64,000 nt of DNA from an uncultured Gammaproteobacteria bacterium (GTDB lineage: Bacteria > Pseudomonadota > Gammaproteobacteria > JAURND01), in contig CAVQQD010000003.1 of the NCBI GenBank assembly GCA_963714975.1, positions 352,001 to 416,000 on the forward strand, in the 5' to 3' direction. The notes under the pieces are model-generated. The model was not told the origin of the DNA and ran no database searches. It was given only the letters and a program-made list of their open reading frames with translations. This document shows, piece after piece, positions 20,192 to 30,236 of the stretch; position 1 is the first letter of the stretch, and every line of letters begins with the position of its first letter. The position numbers were made by a program, and so were the translations under genes.

Positions 20192-23100
20192 ATGAAGCGA
20201 AACGACATTAAATCCGTGCTTATAATTGGGGCAGGCCCCATAGTGATTGGCCAGGCCTGCGAATTCGACTATTCCGGCGCCCAAGCTTGCAATGCCCTGC
20301 GAGCAGAAGGGTACCGCGTCATCTTGGTGAACTCCAATCCGGCGACTATTATGACCGATCCGCAAATGGCGGATGCTATTTATATTGAACCCGTGCATTG
20401 GGAAGTGGTGGCAAAAATAATTGAGGCCGAGCGCCCTGATGCTCTGTTACCGACGATGGGAGGGCAAACCGCCTTGAATGTCGCCCTTGATTTAGCTCGT
20501 GAAGGCGTATTAGAGCGTTATGGGGTGGAGATGATTGGCGCCACCCGCGAAGCGATTGATATGGCAGAAGATCGAGAGCTATTTTCCCAAGCCATGCGCA
20601 GAATCGGCCTTGATATGCCTCGATCTGGTTTGGCGCACAGCATGGAAAATGCCCTCAATATCTTAGATGAACTGGGGTTTCCCGTCGTAATCCGCCCTTC
20701 CTTTACCATGGGGGGAACAGGCGGGGGCATTGCCTATAATCGCGAGGAATTTATTGAGATCTGTGAGCGTGGGCTGGATTCCTCTCCCACCCGGGAACTC
20801 TTAATTGATGAAGCGATTATTGGCTGGAAAGAATATGAAATGGAAGTAGTTCGTGACCATAACGACAATTGCATTATTGTCTGTGTCATTGAAAACCTCG
20901 ATCCGATGGGGGTGCATACCGGAGATTCCATCACCGTTGCCCCAGCCCAAACCTTGACTGACAAAGAATACCAACGAATGCGCGATGCAGCGATTGCAGT
21001 ATTAAGGGAAATAGGAGTGGATACTGGCGGCTCTAATGTGCAATTTGCCATTAATCCAGAGGACGGGCGCATGGTCGTCATTGAAATGAACCCTCGAGTG
21101 TCGCGTTCTTCGGCTTTAGCTTCTAAGGCTACCGGCTTCCCTATTGCGAAAATTGCGGCGAAATTAGCGGTTGGCTATACCTTAGATGAACTACGCAATG
21201 AAATTACCGGGGGACAAATGCCGAGCTCATTTGAACCTACCATCGATTATGTCGTCACCAAAATCCCTCGCTTTGCCTTCGAAAAATTTCCTACCACCAA
21301 TACGCGGTTGACTACCCAAATGAAATCCGTGGGGGAAGTGATGGCTATTGGTCGAACCTTTAAAGAATCCTTGCAAAAGGCCTTACGTGGGCTCGAAGTG
21401 GGTGTTGACGGTCTAGATCTCTAAGTTAAAGGCTGAAGCGGAAGATAATTTGCAGATCTTGCGCCGTGAGCTATCCATTCCGGGTTGGGACAGGCTTTGG
21501 TATGTTGCCGATGCTTTCCGCCTTGGCTTGAGCTTGGAGCAAGTGCATCAGTTGTCCAAGATCGACCCGTGGTTTTTATTGCAAATCCAGGAATTGGTTC
21601 TGACCGAGAGCGCAGTGGCGCAACTTAGCTTGGCGGAAATTGATGCGACTTACCTGCGAAAATTAAAGCGTGATGGCTTTTCTGATCGGCGCTTGGCGAA
21701 ACTTTTGGGTGTCAGTGAACAGAGTTTTCGCAAGTATCGGCATGAACTGGGCGTGCGTCCGGTCTATAAACGCGTGGATACTTGCGCCGCGGAATTCGCT
21801 ACCAGCACGGCTTATTTGTACTCCACTTATGAAGAAGAATGTGAAGCCAATCCTACTGACCGAGAAAAAATTATGGTGTTAGGTGGTGGGCCGAATCGCA
21901 TTGGTCAGGGGATTGAATTTGATTATTGCTGTGTGCATGCCGCATTAGCCATGCGCGAATTGGGCTATGAAACCATCATGGTCAATTGTAATCCCGAAAC
22001 CGTTTCCACGGATTATGATATTTCCGATCGTTTATACTTTGAGCCTCTAACCCTAGAAGATGTCTTAGAAATTGTGGCGGTTGAGAAGCCCAAAGGGGTC
22101 ATTGTGCAATATGGGGGCCAAACTCCCTTAAAATTGGCTCGAGCTTTAGAAGCGGCTGGCGTGCCGATTCTGGGTACTTCGCCGGATGCCATTGATCGGG
22201 CAGAAGATCGGGAGCGCTTTCAACAATTAGTGCATAAACTGGGCATATTACAACCCCCTAATGGCACCGTGCGCAGTGTGGAAGAGGGCATCCGCCTGGC
22301 CAATGTATTTGCCTATCCTTTAGTCGTTCGTCCTTCTTATGTCCTTGGAGGGCGCGCGATGGAAATCATTTATAACGAAAAAGAGTTACGTCGCTATATG
22401 AGTCAATGCGGAGAATATCTCGTTTGAAGTCGCCTTTGCTTTTAGATCATTTTTTAGATAATGCCATTGAAGTGGATATTGATGCGATTTGTGATGGCAA
22501 AGAAGTGTTTATCGCTGGGATTATGGAGCATATTGAGCAAGCAGGGATTCATTCTGGCGATTCTGCCTGTTCATTGCCGCCGCATAGTTTAAGTCAGGAG
22601 ACGCAAATGCGCTTGCGGGAGGCGATGCACAAAATGGCGATTGAGCTAGGCGTAGTTGGCTTAATGAATGCGCAGTTTGCTATCCAGGGTGAGTCAATTT
22701 ATATCTTGGAAGTCAATCCTCGAGCTTCTCGTACTGTGCCCTTTGTTGCCAAAGCTACGGGTTTGCCCTTCGCTAAAATAGCGGCTCGTTGTATGGCGGG
22801 AATTATCTTTAGAGCAGCAGCAATGCTTAGGCGAGCTACCTGCCTCGGGTTATTTTGCGGTGAAAATGCCGGTATTTCCGTTTAGTAAATTCCCAGGGGT
22901 AGATCCCATTCTAGGCCCGGAAATGAAGTCCACTGGAGAAGTCATGGGGGTGGGAGAGAGTTTTGGTGCTGCCTTTGCTAAGGCTTTATTGGGGGCAGGG
23001 CAATACGATTCCGAAACAGGGCTGGGTTTTTATTAGCGTGCGTGATGCGGATAAAAATGAAGCGGTAGGGCTAGCAAGGGATTTGGTGAGCTTAGGGTTC

Positions 23101-23412
23101 TCGATTGTCGCCACTCACGGCACAGCCAGGGCTTTACAAACAGCGGGCGTGCCCTGTACTTCGGTGAATAAGGTGACCGAAGGGCGCCCGCATATGGTAG
23201 ATATGATTAAAAATGATGAAATTGATTTTATTATTAATACCACCGAAGGTGAGCACGCCATTGCTGATTCATTTACCATTCGTCGCAGTGCCGTGCTGCA
23301 TAAAGTGGCTTATACCACCACTTTAGCCGGGGGAAAGGCCATTTGTTTGGCGATGCGCCATGAGGCTTGCGCCAAGGTTACCCGGTTACAAGATTTACAT
23401 AAGGTCAATTAA
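20192..23412 (+). CDS. carB: Carbamoyl-phosphate synthase large subunit, with four frameshift sites (about 21420, 22410, 22805, 22998)
   Basis: Continuous CarB motifs across the fragments ([11 protein letters not shown] ... [12 protein letters not shown] ... MGS domain); removing 5 bases gives about 1071 aa. Confidence 0.93.
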
Positions 23413-23440
23413 TGTTCTCTTAAGTTTTGGAGAGTACAAT
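23408..23440 (+). promoter_or_regulatory. PmrA-type box plus -10 element at the head of the dot/icm region
   Basis: ATTAATGTT-CT-CTTAAGTTT-N7-TACAAT. Confidence 0.75.
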
Positions 23441-23504
23441 ACACGGTATGAAATTGTGCAATTCCTGCAATCCGTACAACGATAACTAGGGGCAAAGGAT
23501 AAAT

Positions 23505-23831
23505 ATGGGACATAAAAATATAGAAGTTCTTACCTGGGCTGCGGCTGAACTAACCTCCATTTGTGGCTCGCAACAAAAAGCAATAGATGCACGTGCGAAG
23601 AATAGGGGGATCGAGTTTTATGATGATGCGGGTGATACGCATAAGACTAATTTTGCTTTGACTAGCAACTTGCTAGATACAGTCAAGGGTCATTTAAAAG
23701 AGCAAATAGCGTTAGAAGATGGGAGTCAAAGATCTGCTCCTGCTTGGATAAAAAAGCAAGAGACAGCTCCAGCGCCGACACCTGCAGATACAGACCAAGC
23801 TAACTATCAGGTAGCTGGGGCAAGGTTCTGA
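23505..23831 (+). CDS. Small hypothetical protein in the icmR position (putative FIR, functional IcmR homologue)
   Basis: 108 aa, immediately upstream of icmQ, with an RBS and a PmrA-type box; call rests on position only. Confidence 0.55.
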   Translation: MGHKNIEVLTWAAAELTSICGSQQKAIDARAKNRGIEFYDDAGDTHKTNFALTSNLLDTVKGHLKEQIALEDGSQRSAPAWIKKQETAPAPTPADTDQANYQVAGARF

Positions 23832-23854
23832 TAAGATTAAGTGGAGATTTTTAA

Positions 23855-24424
23855 ATGCAAGAATCACAAATAATTAAAGATAAATTAGTCTCTGCCATTG
23901 ATCGCACCCTTGAACAAGGGCAATGGGAAGGAGGCTTGTTTTTTAAAAATATTCGCAAACGCTTAGAAAGTTTGCGGGATTTTGTGCAGCAAGAGCTGGT
24001 AGACACCCAAGCCCTACATCTTTTTGCGAATAGCTATAGTGCACGGCTGGAAGCAGAGAAAAGAAAATTAGGTTATGACGTGGTATACATCGCGATCTAT
24101 CAAGCTAATGGTGAATTTTTAGAAAAATGGGTAAATCCCATTAAGGCATTAACAGAACGTAGTGTTAGCCGTCCAGTTTATCAATCCGAAGCGCATGTGG
24201 CAGAACTGATACGTGCCAAACGTAGTCGAAATGATGGCTATGTCGCTGTTTGGGTAAAGCCCACGGACATTTTAAATCGGCAAAATTTTAGCGCCAAGGA
24301 TCGTTTAGGGCATCCGGTCCTGGCTTTAAAAGATGGCAGCGTCAGGCCAGAAAATATCATTGAATTTGTTTATGACAATAGACGTTTTAATTTGAAAGAA
24401 TCTCAATTAATAGTGAAAGAGTAA
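23855..24424 (+). CDS. icmQ: Dot/Icm protein IcmQ
   Basis: LEQGQWEGGLFFKNIRKRL, VYIAIYQ, SVSRPVY, KDRLGHPVLALK; synteny. Confidence 0.88.
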   Translation: MQESQIIKDKLVSAIDRTLEQGQWEGGLFFKNIRKRLESLRDFVQQELVDTQALHLFANSYSARLEAEKRKLGYDVVYIAIYQANGEFLEKWVNPIKALTERSVSRPVYQSEAHVAELIRAKRSRNDGYVAVWVKPTDILNRQNFSAKDRLGHPVLALKDGSVRPENIIEFVYDNRRFNLKESQLIVKE

Positions 24425-24430
24425 TAAGTT

Positions 24431-25573
24431 ATGCAAGCAAGACAACAAGGTGGCGGTGGCCAAGACAATTCGATGGATTTTTTATGGGGGGTTGCTCTCA
24501 TTATTGTGGGAGTACTGCTTATGTGGTATTTCGGCCGCACCCATATAACCAATTTTGTTTACGCGTTTAAATTATACGAAATTGATTTTATTCGTTATGT
24601 GATCACCAGCTATAACACGTTAGCCTATAAATTACATTTACCGCCGCTTTTTGCTAATGATTTAAATGCCTGGGAAAAATTAATTAAGAATGGGCAATTG
24701 GGTGCTAATTTCAGCGCTTTTACTAGTGTGCTGACTAGTGTGGGTAGCTATTTACGTTATCCCGTTTGCGCGGTGATTCTTATATTTGCGGTGGTGATTT
24801 ATGGCAAAAATGTGACTTTGAAATTCAAGACTATTTTTGACATGAAAACCATGAAGAACCGGGAGCAATATAATTGGCCGCAGATTACTCCAGTAGTTGA
24901 ATTAAATTTGGTTAAGGCGGATCTCAACAAAGGCCCCTGGGCTATGGCGATGACTGCAATGCAATTTGGTAAAGCACATAACATCTTAAAAGAAAAATCA
25001 GGAAAAGATGGGAAACCCACTGTGGAGCTAATTCGTGGCTTGAGCCATCAGGTATTTGTGCTGCAGCTAGGTCCTTTATTTACTGATTTAAATGCATTAC
25101 CGATCCACATGAAGGCGTTATTTGCTGTTTTCGCTGCTTGTGCCAACCAAAAAAGAGATGCTGCGAATCAGTTGTTACATCAAATTGACCTTTCCGCAAA
25201 ACATGGCAAGTTAAATTTTTCTGGCGCTGAACACTTATTGGCTAAAAACTACGATAGCAAAGTAGTGACTCGGGTAATACAAAAACATGCCTATGTTTAT
25301 ACCGTTTTAGCATCCATGTTGGAGTTAGCCAGAACAGATGGTGTATTGGCTACCAGTGAATTTCTCTGGTTAAAACCGGTGGATAGACGACTTTGGTATA
25401 TGCTCAATACAGTGGGCCGACCAACGGCTGTTCCTGAAATTGCTGGAGCTTATAGTCATTGGATTGCTGAGAGAAAATGGGGAGGAGCATTGCGTACTCC
25501 CATGGTGGATGAAGCGGTAAAAGCACTTGAAGTGGCGCTTTCAGAAGTCATTTATGACCCTGAAGAAGATTAA
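24431..25573 (+). CDS. icmP: Dot/Icm coupling-complex protein IcmP/DotM
   Basis: WPQITPV, GPWAMA, ARTDGVL..EFLWLKPVDRRLWYMLN. Confidence 0.93.
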   Translation: MQARQQGGGGQDNSMDFLWGVALIIVGVLLMWYFGRTHITNFVYAFKLYEIDFIRYVITSYNTLAYKLHLPPLFANDLNAWEKLIKNGQLGANFSAFTSVLTSVGSYLRYPVCAVILIFAVVIYGKNVTLKFKTIFDMKTMKNREQYNWPQITPVVELNLVKADLNKGPWAMAMTAMQFGKAHNILKEKSGKDGKPTVELIRGLSHQVFVLQLGPLFTDLNALPIHMKALFAVFAACANQKRDAANQLLHQIDLSAKHGKLNFSGAEHLLAKNYDSKVVTRVIQKHAYVYTVLASMLELARTDGVLATSEFLWLKPVDRRLWYMLNTVGRPTAVPEIAGAYSHWIAERKWGGALRTPMVDEAVKALEVALSEVIYDPEED

Positions 25574-25576
25574 TTA

Positions 25577-25742
25577 AATCCCCTCTCCTCAATAAACTCT
25601 CGGCATTATCCCTTCTCCCCTTGTGGGAGAAGGTGGCCGTAGGCCGGATGAGGGGGATTTAAGAGGGCAGTAGGCAGAGGAGGTATTATAATTCACCCCT
25701 CATCCGCCTTCGGCACCTTCTCCCACAAGGGGAGAAGGGAAG
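25577..25742. repeat. Family A doublet (REPIN-like)
   Basis: cccttctccccttgtgggagaaggtg...cggatgagggg and its inverted partner cccctcatccg...caccttctcccacaaggggagaaggg. Confidence 0.85.
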
Positions 25743-25767
25743 TGAAAATGGTATTAAGAGATAAATT

Positions 25768-28133
25768 ATGCGATCAATACGTGGTTTAGAACAAAGAAAC
25801 GAACAAAATTCGCAACAATTGTTGCGAGATGTGCGCACGGTTGGACAAACGATTATCGGATTTTTTCAAAAATCCGGCAGCTGTTTCTTTCGCCTTATTG
25901 ATAACCGCTATGGTTGGATTTGTTTTTCCAGCCATCATCGATTTAATTTTCCTAGCTGGCGTGGGAATTTTTGTATTTACTTTAACTCGAAAGGCCTCAT
26001 TGCCTTTTCGTCTTCCCATGCGTTCTCATAGAATCGATTACAATGATCCAGCGCCAGGTTCTAATAAACCTCGGAAGGCTCGTGGGATTTACTATGTTGG
26101 TAATGAGTTGCGTACGCGACAAGAACTGTGGTTTGCCAATGAAGATATGCGTACTCATATGCTTATTTTTGGTTCCACGGGTAGTGGTAAAACAGAAACT
26201 TTGATCTCATTGGCTTATAATGCCTTGATTCAAGGCAGTGGCTTTATTTATGTCGATGGCAAGGGTGATAACTCGCTGTTTGCTAAAATTTTTTCGATGG
26301 TTCGATCCATGGGGCGCGAAGATGATATGCTGTTGATTAATTTTATGACCGGCGCTCGTGATATTATTGGTCCACAGAAAAATCGTCTTTCTAATACCAT
26401 GAATCCCTTTGCCAGTGGTTCATCCAGCATGTTATCGCAGTTAGTGATTAGCTTGATGGACTCAAGTTCTTCCTCCTCGGATGGTGATATGTGGAAAGGC
26501 CGAGCCATTTATTTCGTAGAAGCGTTGATGAAAATATTGGTTGCTATGCGCGATGCCGGCCATATCTTGCTCAATGCCAATACCATCCGTAATTATTTTG
26601 ATTTAGAGCGCATTGAAGCGATGGTTGCAGATAAAGTGTTTATTCGTGATGAGCAAGAGCCAATCAATATCGAAAATTTGCCTCCTTTAGTGTCTGAGCC
26701 GATTAAGAACTACTTAGTGAACTTACCGGGTTATAATAAAGAGAAAAAAGGCAAACAAGTTTCTCAAGTGTTAGAGCAGCATGGATTTATTACCATGCAA
26801 TTAACTCGTGTATTCGGTTCATTAGCAGATACCTATGGGCATATTATCCGTACTAAATTAGCTGAAGTGGATCTGAAAGACGTGGTATTGAATCGCCGAA
26901 TTTTAGTGGTGTTGTTGCCTGCGTTGGAAAAATCTCCGGATGAATTATCTGGATTAGGTAAAGTCATTATTGCCTCATTAAAGGCGATGATGGCAGCAGG
27001 TTTAGGTGATGCGGTCGAAGGTAGCTATCGTGATGTGATCCAGCGTAAGCCTACGAATGCCCCCACCCCTTACTTGTGTATCTTAGACGAATATGGTTAT
27101 TATGCCGTAAAGGGCTTTGCTGTAGTGCCAGCACAAGCACGTTCTTTAGGCTTTTCAGTTATATTTGCTGGACAAGATTTGCCTGCCTTCCAAAAGGCTT
27201 CGAAAGAAGAAGCTTTATCCATTGGTGCTAACACGAATATTAAAATTTGTATGAAATTGGAAGATCCTTTAGATACTTGGGATTTCTTCATGAAAACAGC
27301 AGGTGAATCCTATGTGACGCATGTTAAAGAATTCCAGGCCGAATCTAAAGCCATGAGCAATGGCTATTATAGATAGTCGCAGTGCCCATGTTGAAAAACG
27401 TCAGCGCGTGGATTTATTAGATTTAAAAGAGCAGCGCGAAGGAGAGGCACATATTTTCTTTAAATCGAAATTGGTGCGAGCCAAGATGTTTTTTGCCAAC
27501 CCAGAGCCGGTGAAGTACATGCGCTTGAATCATTTCTTGAAAGTGGATACTCCTCCTGACGTTGTCTTAGCTGATTTAAGTAAGGCCTTTAAAAATCATG
27601 AGCGCTTGGCAAAAGCAGGCGATATATTTGCCAATGTTACGGCTCCGCAAGATGACTTAGAAAAAGTCATTGAAGCATTTACCAAAGAAGACAGCACCGG
27701 TTCTTCGATTGAACGTGGTGTGGCTGCTTTGATGGCATTTCATTCACGTGCGGTACCTGAGGAACCGCCAGGAGAAGTTTTGGTACCTGCAGTGCCAAAT
27801 ACTGAGTTGAACTTGTTTGCTCCGCTACGTTTTACCGACCACGTCAAACGTTATCTTTTAGCCAGTGACGTGGATAGTTTTAAAAATTCGTTTTTGGATG
27901 CTGTCACCCTGAGAGAGCAGGTAGTTAATGCAGAACGTTTATTGGGACAAGGAGAATTTCAAGCTGCAAACGTGGGTACTGAAATTATTAAAGATATGCA
28001 GCAGGCCACGCATTATCCGCCAAAATTGCACGATTTAAAGCCCAATGCGGAAGATATCGCTGGATTGGTTAAAGATTTGTTGGCGCACATTGTGTTGAAG
28101 AAGAGTGAGGCAGTAGCGACAACAACTAGTTAA
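25768..28133 (+). CDS. icmO: Type IV coupling ATPase IcmO/DotL, with two apparent +1 frameshifts (about 25847 and 27370)
   Basis: HMLIFGSTGSGKTE, YVDGKGD, ILDEYGYY; removing 2 bases gives 787 aa. Confidence 0.93.
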
Positions 28134-28141
28134 AAAAGCGT

Positions 28142-28171
28142 GTTGCCCTGGCATCCATGCCAGGACGACGG
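28142..28171. repeat. Family C short palindrome; related copies at about 28731-28763 and 31965-32021
   Basis: gttgccctggcatccatgccaggacgacgg; shared CATCCATG and GGACGA words. Confidence 0.5.
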
Positions 28172-28192
28172 TATGAGACAAAAGGAATTTTC

Positions 28193-28729
28193 ATGAGAAA
28201 ATGTTTTGGATGGTTATCCATTATCTTAGGATTGTTTTTATTATCGGCTTGTACAACACCCCCAATAGTCGTTGTTTCTAAAGACCCTGAAACCTTAAGG
28301 CGCGAAAAGATCGCTGAATACCGGGTGCTGTTAATGCAGGCTGGGGTATTGGTCGAGCAGGTCGGTGAGACAATGCGGATTATTATCCCTGGCGATGGAT
28401 TATTTAATCCTCATTCAGCGAATATTAGTCCCTTTTATGGTATGCCTACCTTAAATTTGGTGGCGAGGTTGATGGTGATGTTGGAAACCACCTCTGCAGA
28501 GATTTCGGGCTATACCAATACTGAATTTTCTCCACAGCTTGACCAAGTGATGTCCAAAAGACAAGCAGAAGTGGTTCTAGATTATCTTTGGTTGCGAGGA
28601 ATTGATTCGCGCTTGCTCTATGCGATAGGCTTTGGTTGCAGAAGGCCTTTAGCAGCAGATCCAGTCTCTTGGGCCAATCGCCGCATTGAGATTAATTTTA
28701 GGTTTTTCCCTTTAGGATTGGGTAGATAA
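28193..28729 (+). CDS. icmN: OmpA-domain lipoprotein IcmN/DotK
   Basis: Lipobox LSAC; OmpA-like ISGYT..SKRQA..NRRIEI; position between icmO and icmL. Confidence 0.8.
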   Translation: MRKCFGWLSIILGLFLLSACTTPPIVVVSKDPETLRREKIAEYRVLLMQAGVLVEQVGETMRIIIPGDGLFNPHSANISPFYGMPTLNLVARLMVMLETTSAEISGYTNTEFSPQLDQVMSKRQAEVVLDYLWLRGIDSRLLYAIGFGCRRPLAADPVSWANRRIEINFRFFPLGLGR

Positions 28730-28790
28730 TGCGTCGTCCCTCCCACGACTTGCAGGGACGACGGAGTATAAATGAGAGGTTAAGTAAATT

Positions 28791-29426
28791 ATGCCAAATG
28801 AAGATGCACTTGAAGTCATAAGGCTTCGTAACAATTTTTATCGTGATAGCTATCGCCGTGTATTGGCTGGTCTATTATTTTTGTTAGTCATTAACGGTAT
28901 ATTGTGTGCGGTATTGGGATATCTTGTGACCCATCGTCCAGGTCCGGAATATTTTGCCACCACAGCTGAAGGTCGATTAATTCGGCTTTATCCCTTAAGT
29001 CGTCCTGTGCTCACTCCAGCAGAGTTATTACAATGGGCCACTTTAGCAGCAACGAGTGTCAACACATATAATTTTGTCAATTGGCGCAAAGAGCTGCAAA
29101 CAGCTTCAGAGAATTTCACTCCTAATGGCTGGAAGGAATATCAAGACGCCTTGAAAAAGTCGCGAACTTTGGAAACAGTAATTGCCAAGAAATTAACGGT
29201 GAATGCTGTTGCAACAGGAGCTCCGGTTATTTTAGATCAAGGTGTCGTCAATGGGGAGTATAAATGGAAAGTACAATTGCCCATATTAAAAACCTATGAA
29301 AGTACGACGACGCGAATTTCGCAACCTGAGTTACTGACCATGTTGATAACGCGGGTTCCTACACTCGACAGCCCCAGAGGAATAGCAATCGATGCGCTTT
29401 ATTCCTCGGAGAAGCCGTTACAATAA
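28791..29426 (+). CDS. icmL: Dot/Icm protein IcmL/DotI
   Basis: LRNNFYRDSYRR, YFATT, TYNFVNWR..LQ, WKVQLP, PRGIAI. Confidence 0.93.
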   Translation: MPNEDALEVIRLRNNFYRDSYRRVLAGLLFLLVINGILCAVLGYLVTHRPGPEYFATTAEGRLIRLYPLSRPVLTPAELLQWATLAATSVNTYNFVNWRKELQTASENFTPNGWKEYQDALKKSRTLETVIAKKLTVNAVATGAPVILDQGVVNGEYKWKVQLPILKTYESTTTRISQPELLTMLITRVPTLDSPRGIAIDALYSSEKPLQ

Positions 29427-29452
29427 GCTGATTGACTAAAGGTAACATTCAC

Positions 29453-29618
29453 CACGATTTTGCCTCTCCCCTTGTGGGAGAGGCCGCCGCGCCGTAAGGC
29501 GCGCGGGTGAGGGGTAGTAGCAGTTAACATTTAGCTAATAAAATGCTCCTTGCTGATTTCAAGTTTACCCCTCATCCACCCTTTCGGGCACCTTCTCCCA
29601 CAAGGGGAGAAGGAAAAT
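29453..29618. repeat. Family A doublet (REPIN-like), near-identical to 58661-58825 in reverse orientation
   Basis: Both arms, the spacer and the flanking CACGATTTT are shared. Confidence 0.9.
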
Positions 29619-29632
29619 CTACCCACTCGATG

Positions 29633-30136
29633 CTACTTAACGTGGGTTTGTATTTGTAATGAATCTGCAGTAGGTGATTGACCTCTCGCTAGCTCATCCC
29701 GCAATTCTTCGCACTTTTTTTGCAGATCATCACATTGTTTTTTCGCTCCTGCTTTTTGAAAATCATATGCGCTTTCATGAAACATCTTAGCATGTTGAAG
29801 ATCAAGTGCTTTTGAATAAAGTGCATATTCTGGATCATCGCTCTGGTGTTTTTTATCAGCATAATAACCGGCAACAAAAATTAAAATACCTAAAACCAGA
29901 AGCGGGATACCTGCCTCAAAAAATCTTTTAATTGCTTCGCTGGAAAGAAAGCTTTCGGCTCCCAGGGCTCTTCCAGCTATGTTTGTGGATGCAATCACTG
30001 GTAAGGCAAATCCAATGCCTGTTGGCATAACGCCAAGCAGCAAAATAAGCTCTTCTTTCTGGCATGTTCGGTGAAGTTTATCAGCCTTTTCCCTAGTTAT
30101 TCCGAATAAATTTTCATCTTTTAAAGGCATTACCAT
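29633..30136 (-). CDS. Orphan 2-TM protein with a C-terminal coiled coil
   Basis: GGAG RBS and sigma70-type promoter upstream; two hydrophobic segments. Confidence 0.65.
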   Translation of the reverse strand: MVMPLKDENLFGITREKADKLHRTCQKEELILLLGVMPTGIGFALPVIASTNIAGRALGAESFLSSEAIKRFFEAGIPLLVLGILIFVAGYYADKKHQSDDPEYALYSKALDLQHAKMFHESAYDFQKAGAKKQCDDLQKKCEELRDELARGQSPTADSLQIQTHVK

Positions 30137-30185
30137 AAATATATCTCCCAAAAAGTTTAGATTTTTTAGTAAAAAGTTGTTGAAA

Positions 30186-30214
30186 ATTGTAAATGGGGTT
30201 GTAATGCTTGTCAA
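30186..30214 (-). promoter_or_regulatory. Sigma70-type promoter
   Basis: TTGACA-N17-TACAAT on the minus strand. Confidence 0.75.
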
Positions 30215-30236
30215 GCAAAATGACCAAAGACCAGAT

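Noticed and set aside
20192-23412. carB as a true pseudogene, split gene or programmed-frameshift system
   Set aside because: All breaks are repairable by deleting extra bases, with no nonsense codons or consistent slippery motif; the same pattern in suhB and icmO points to read error
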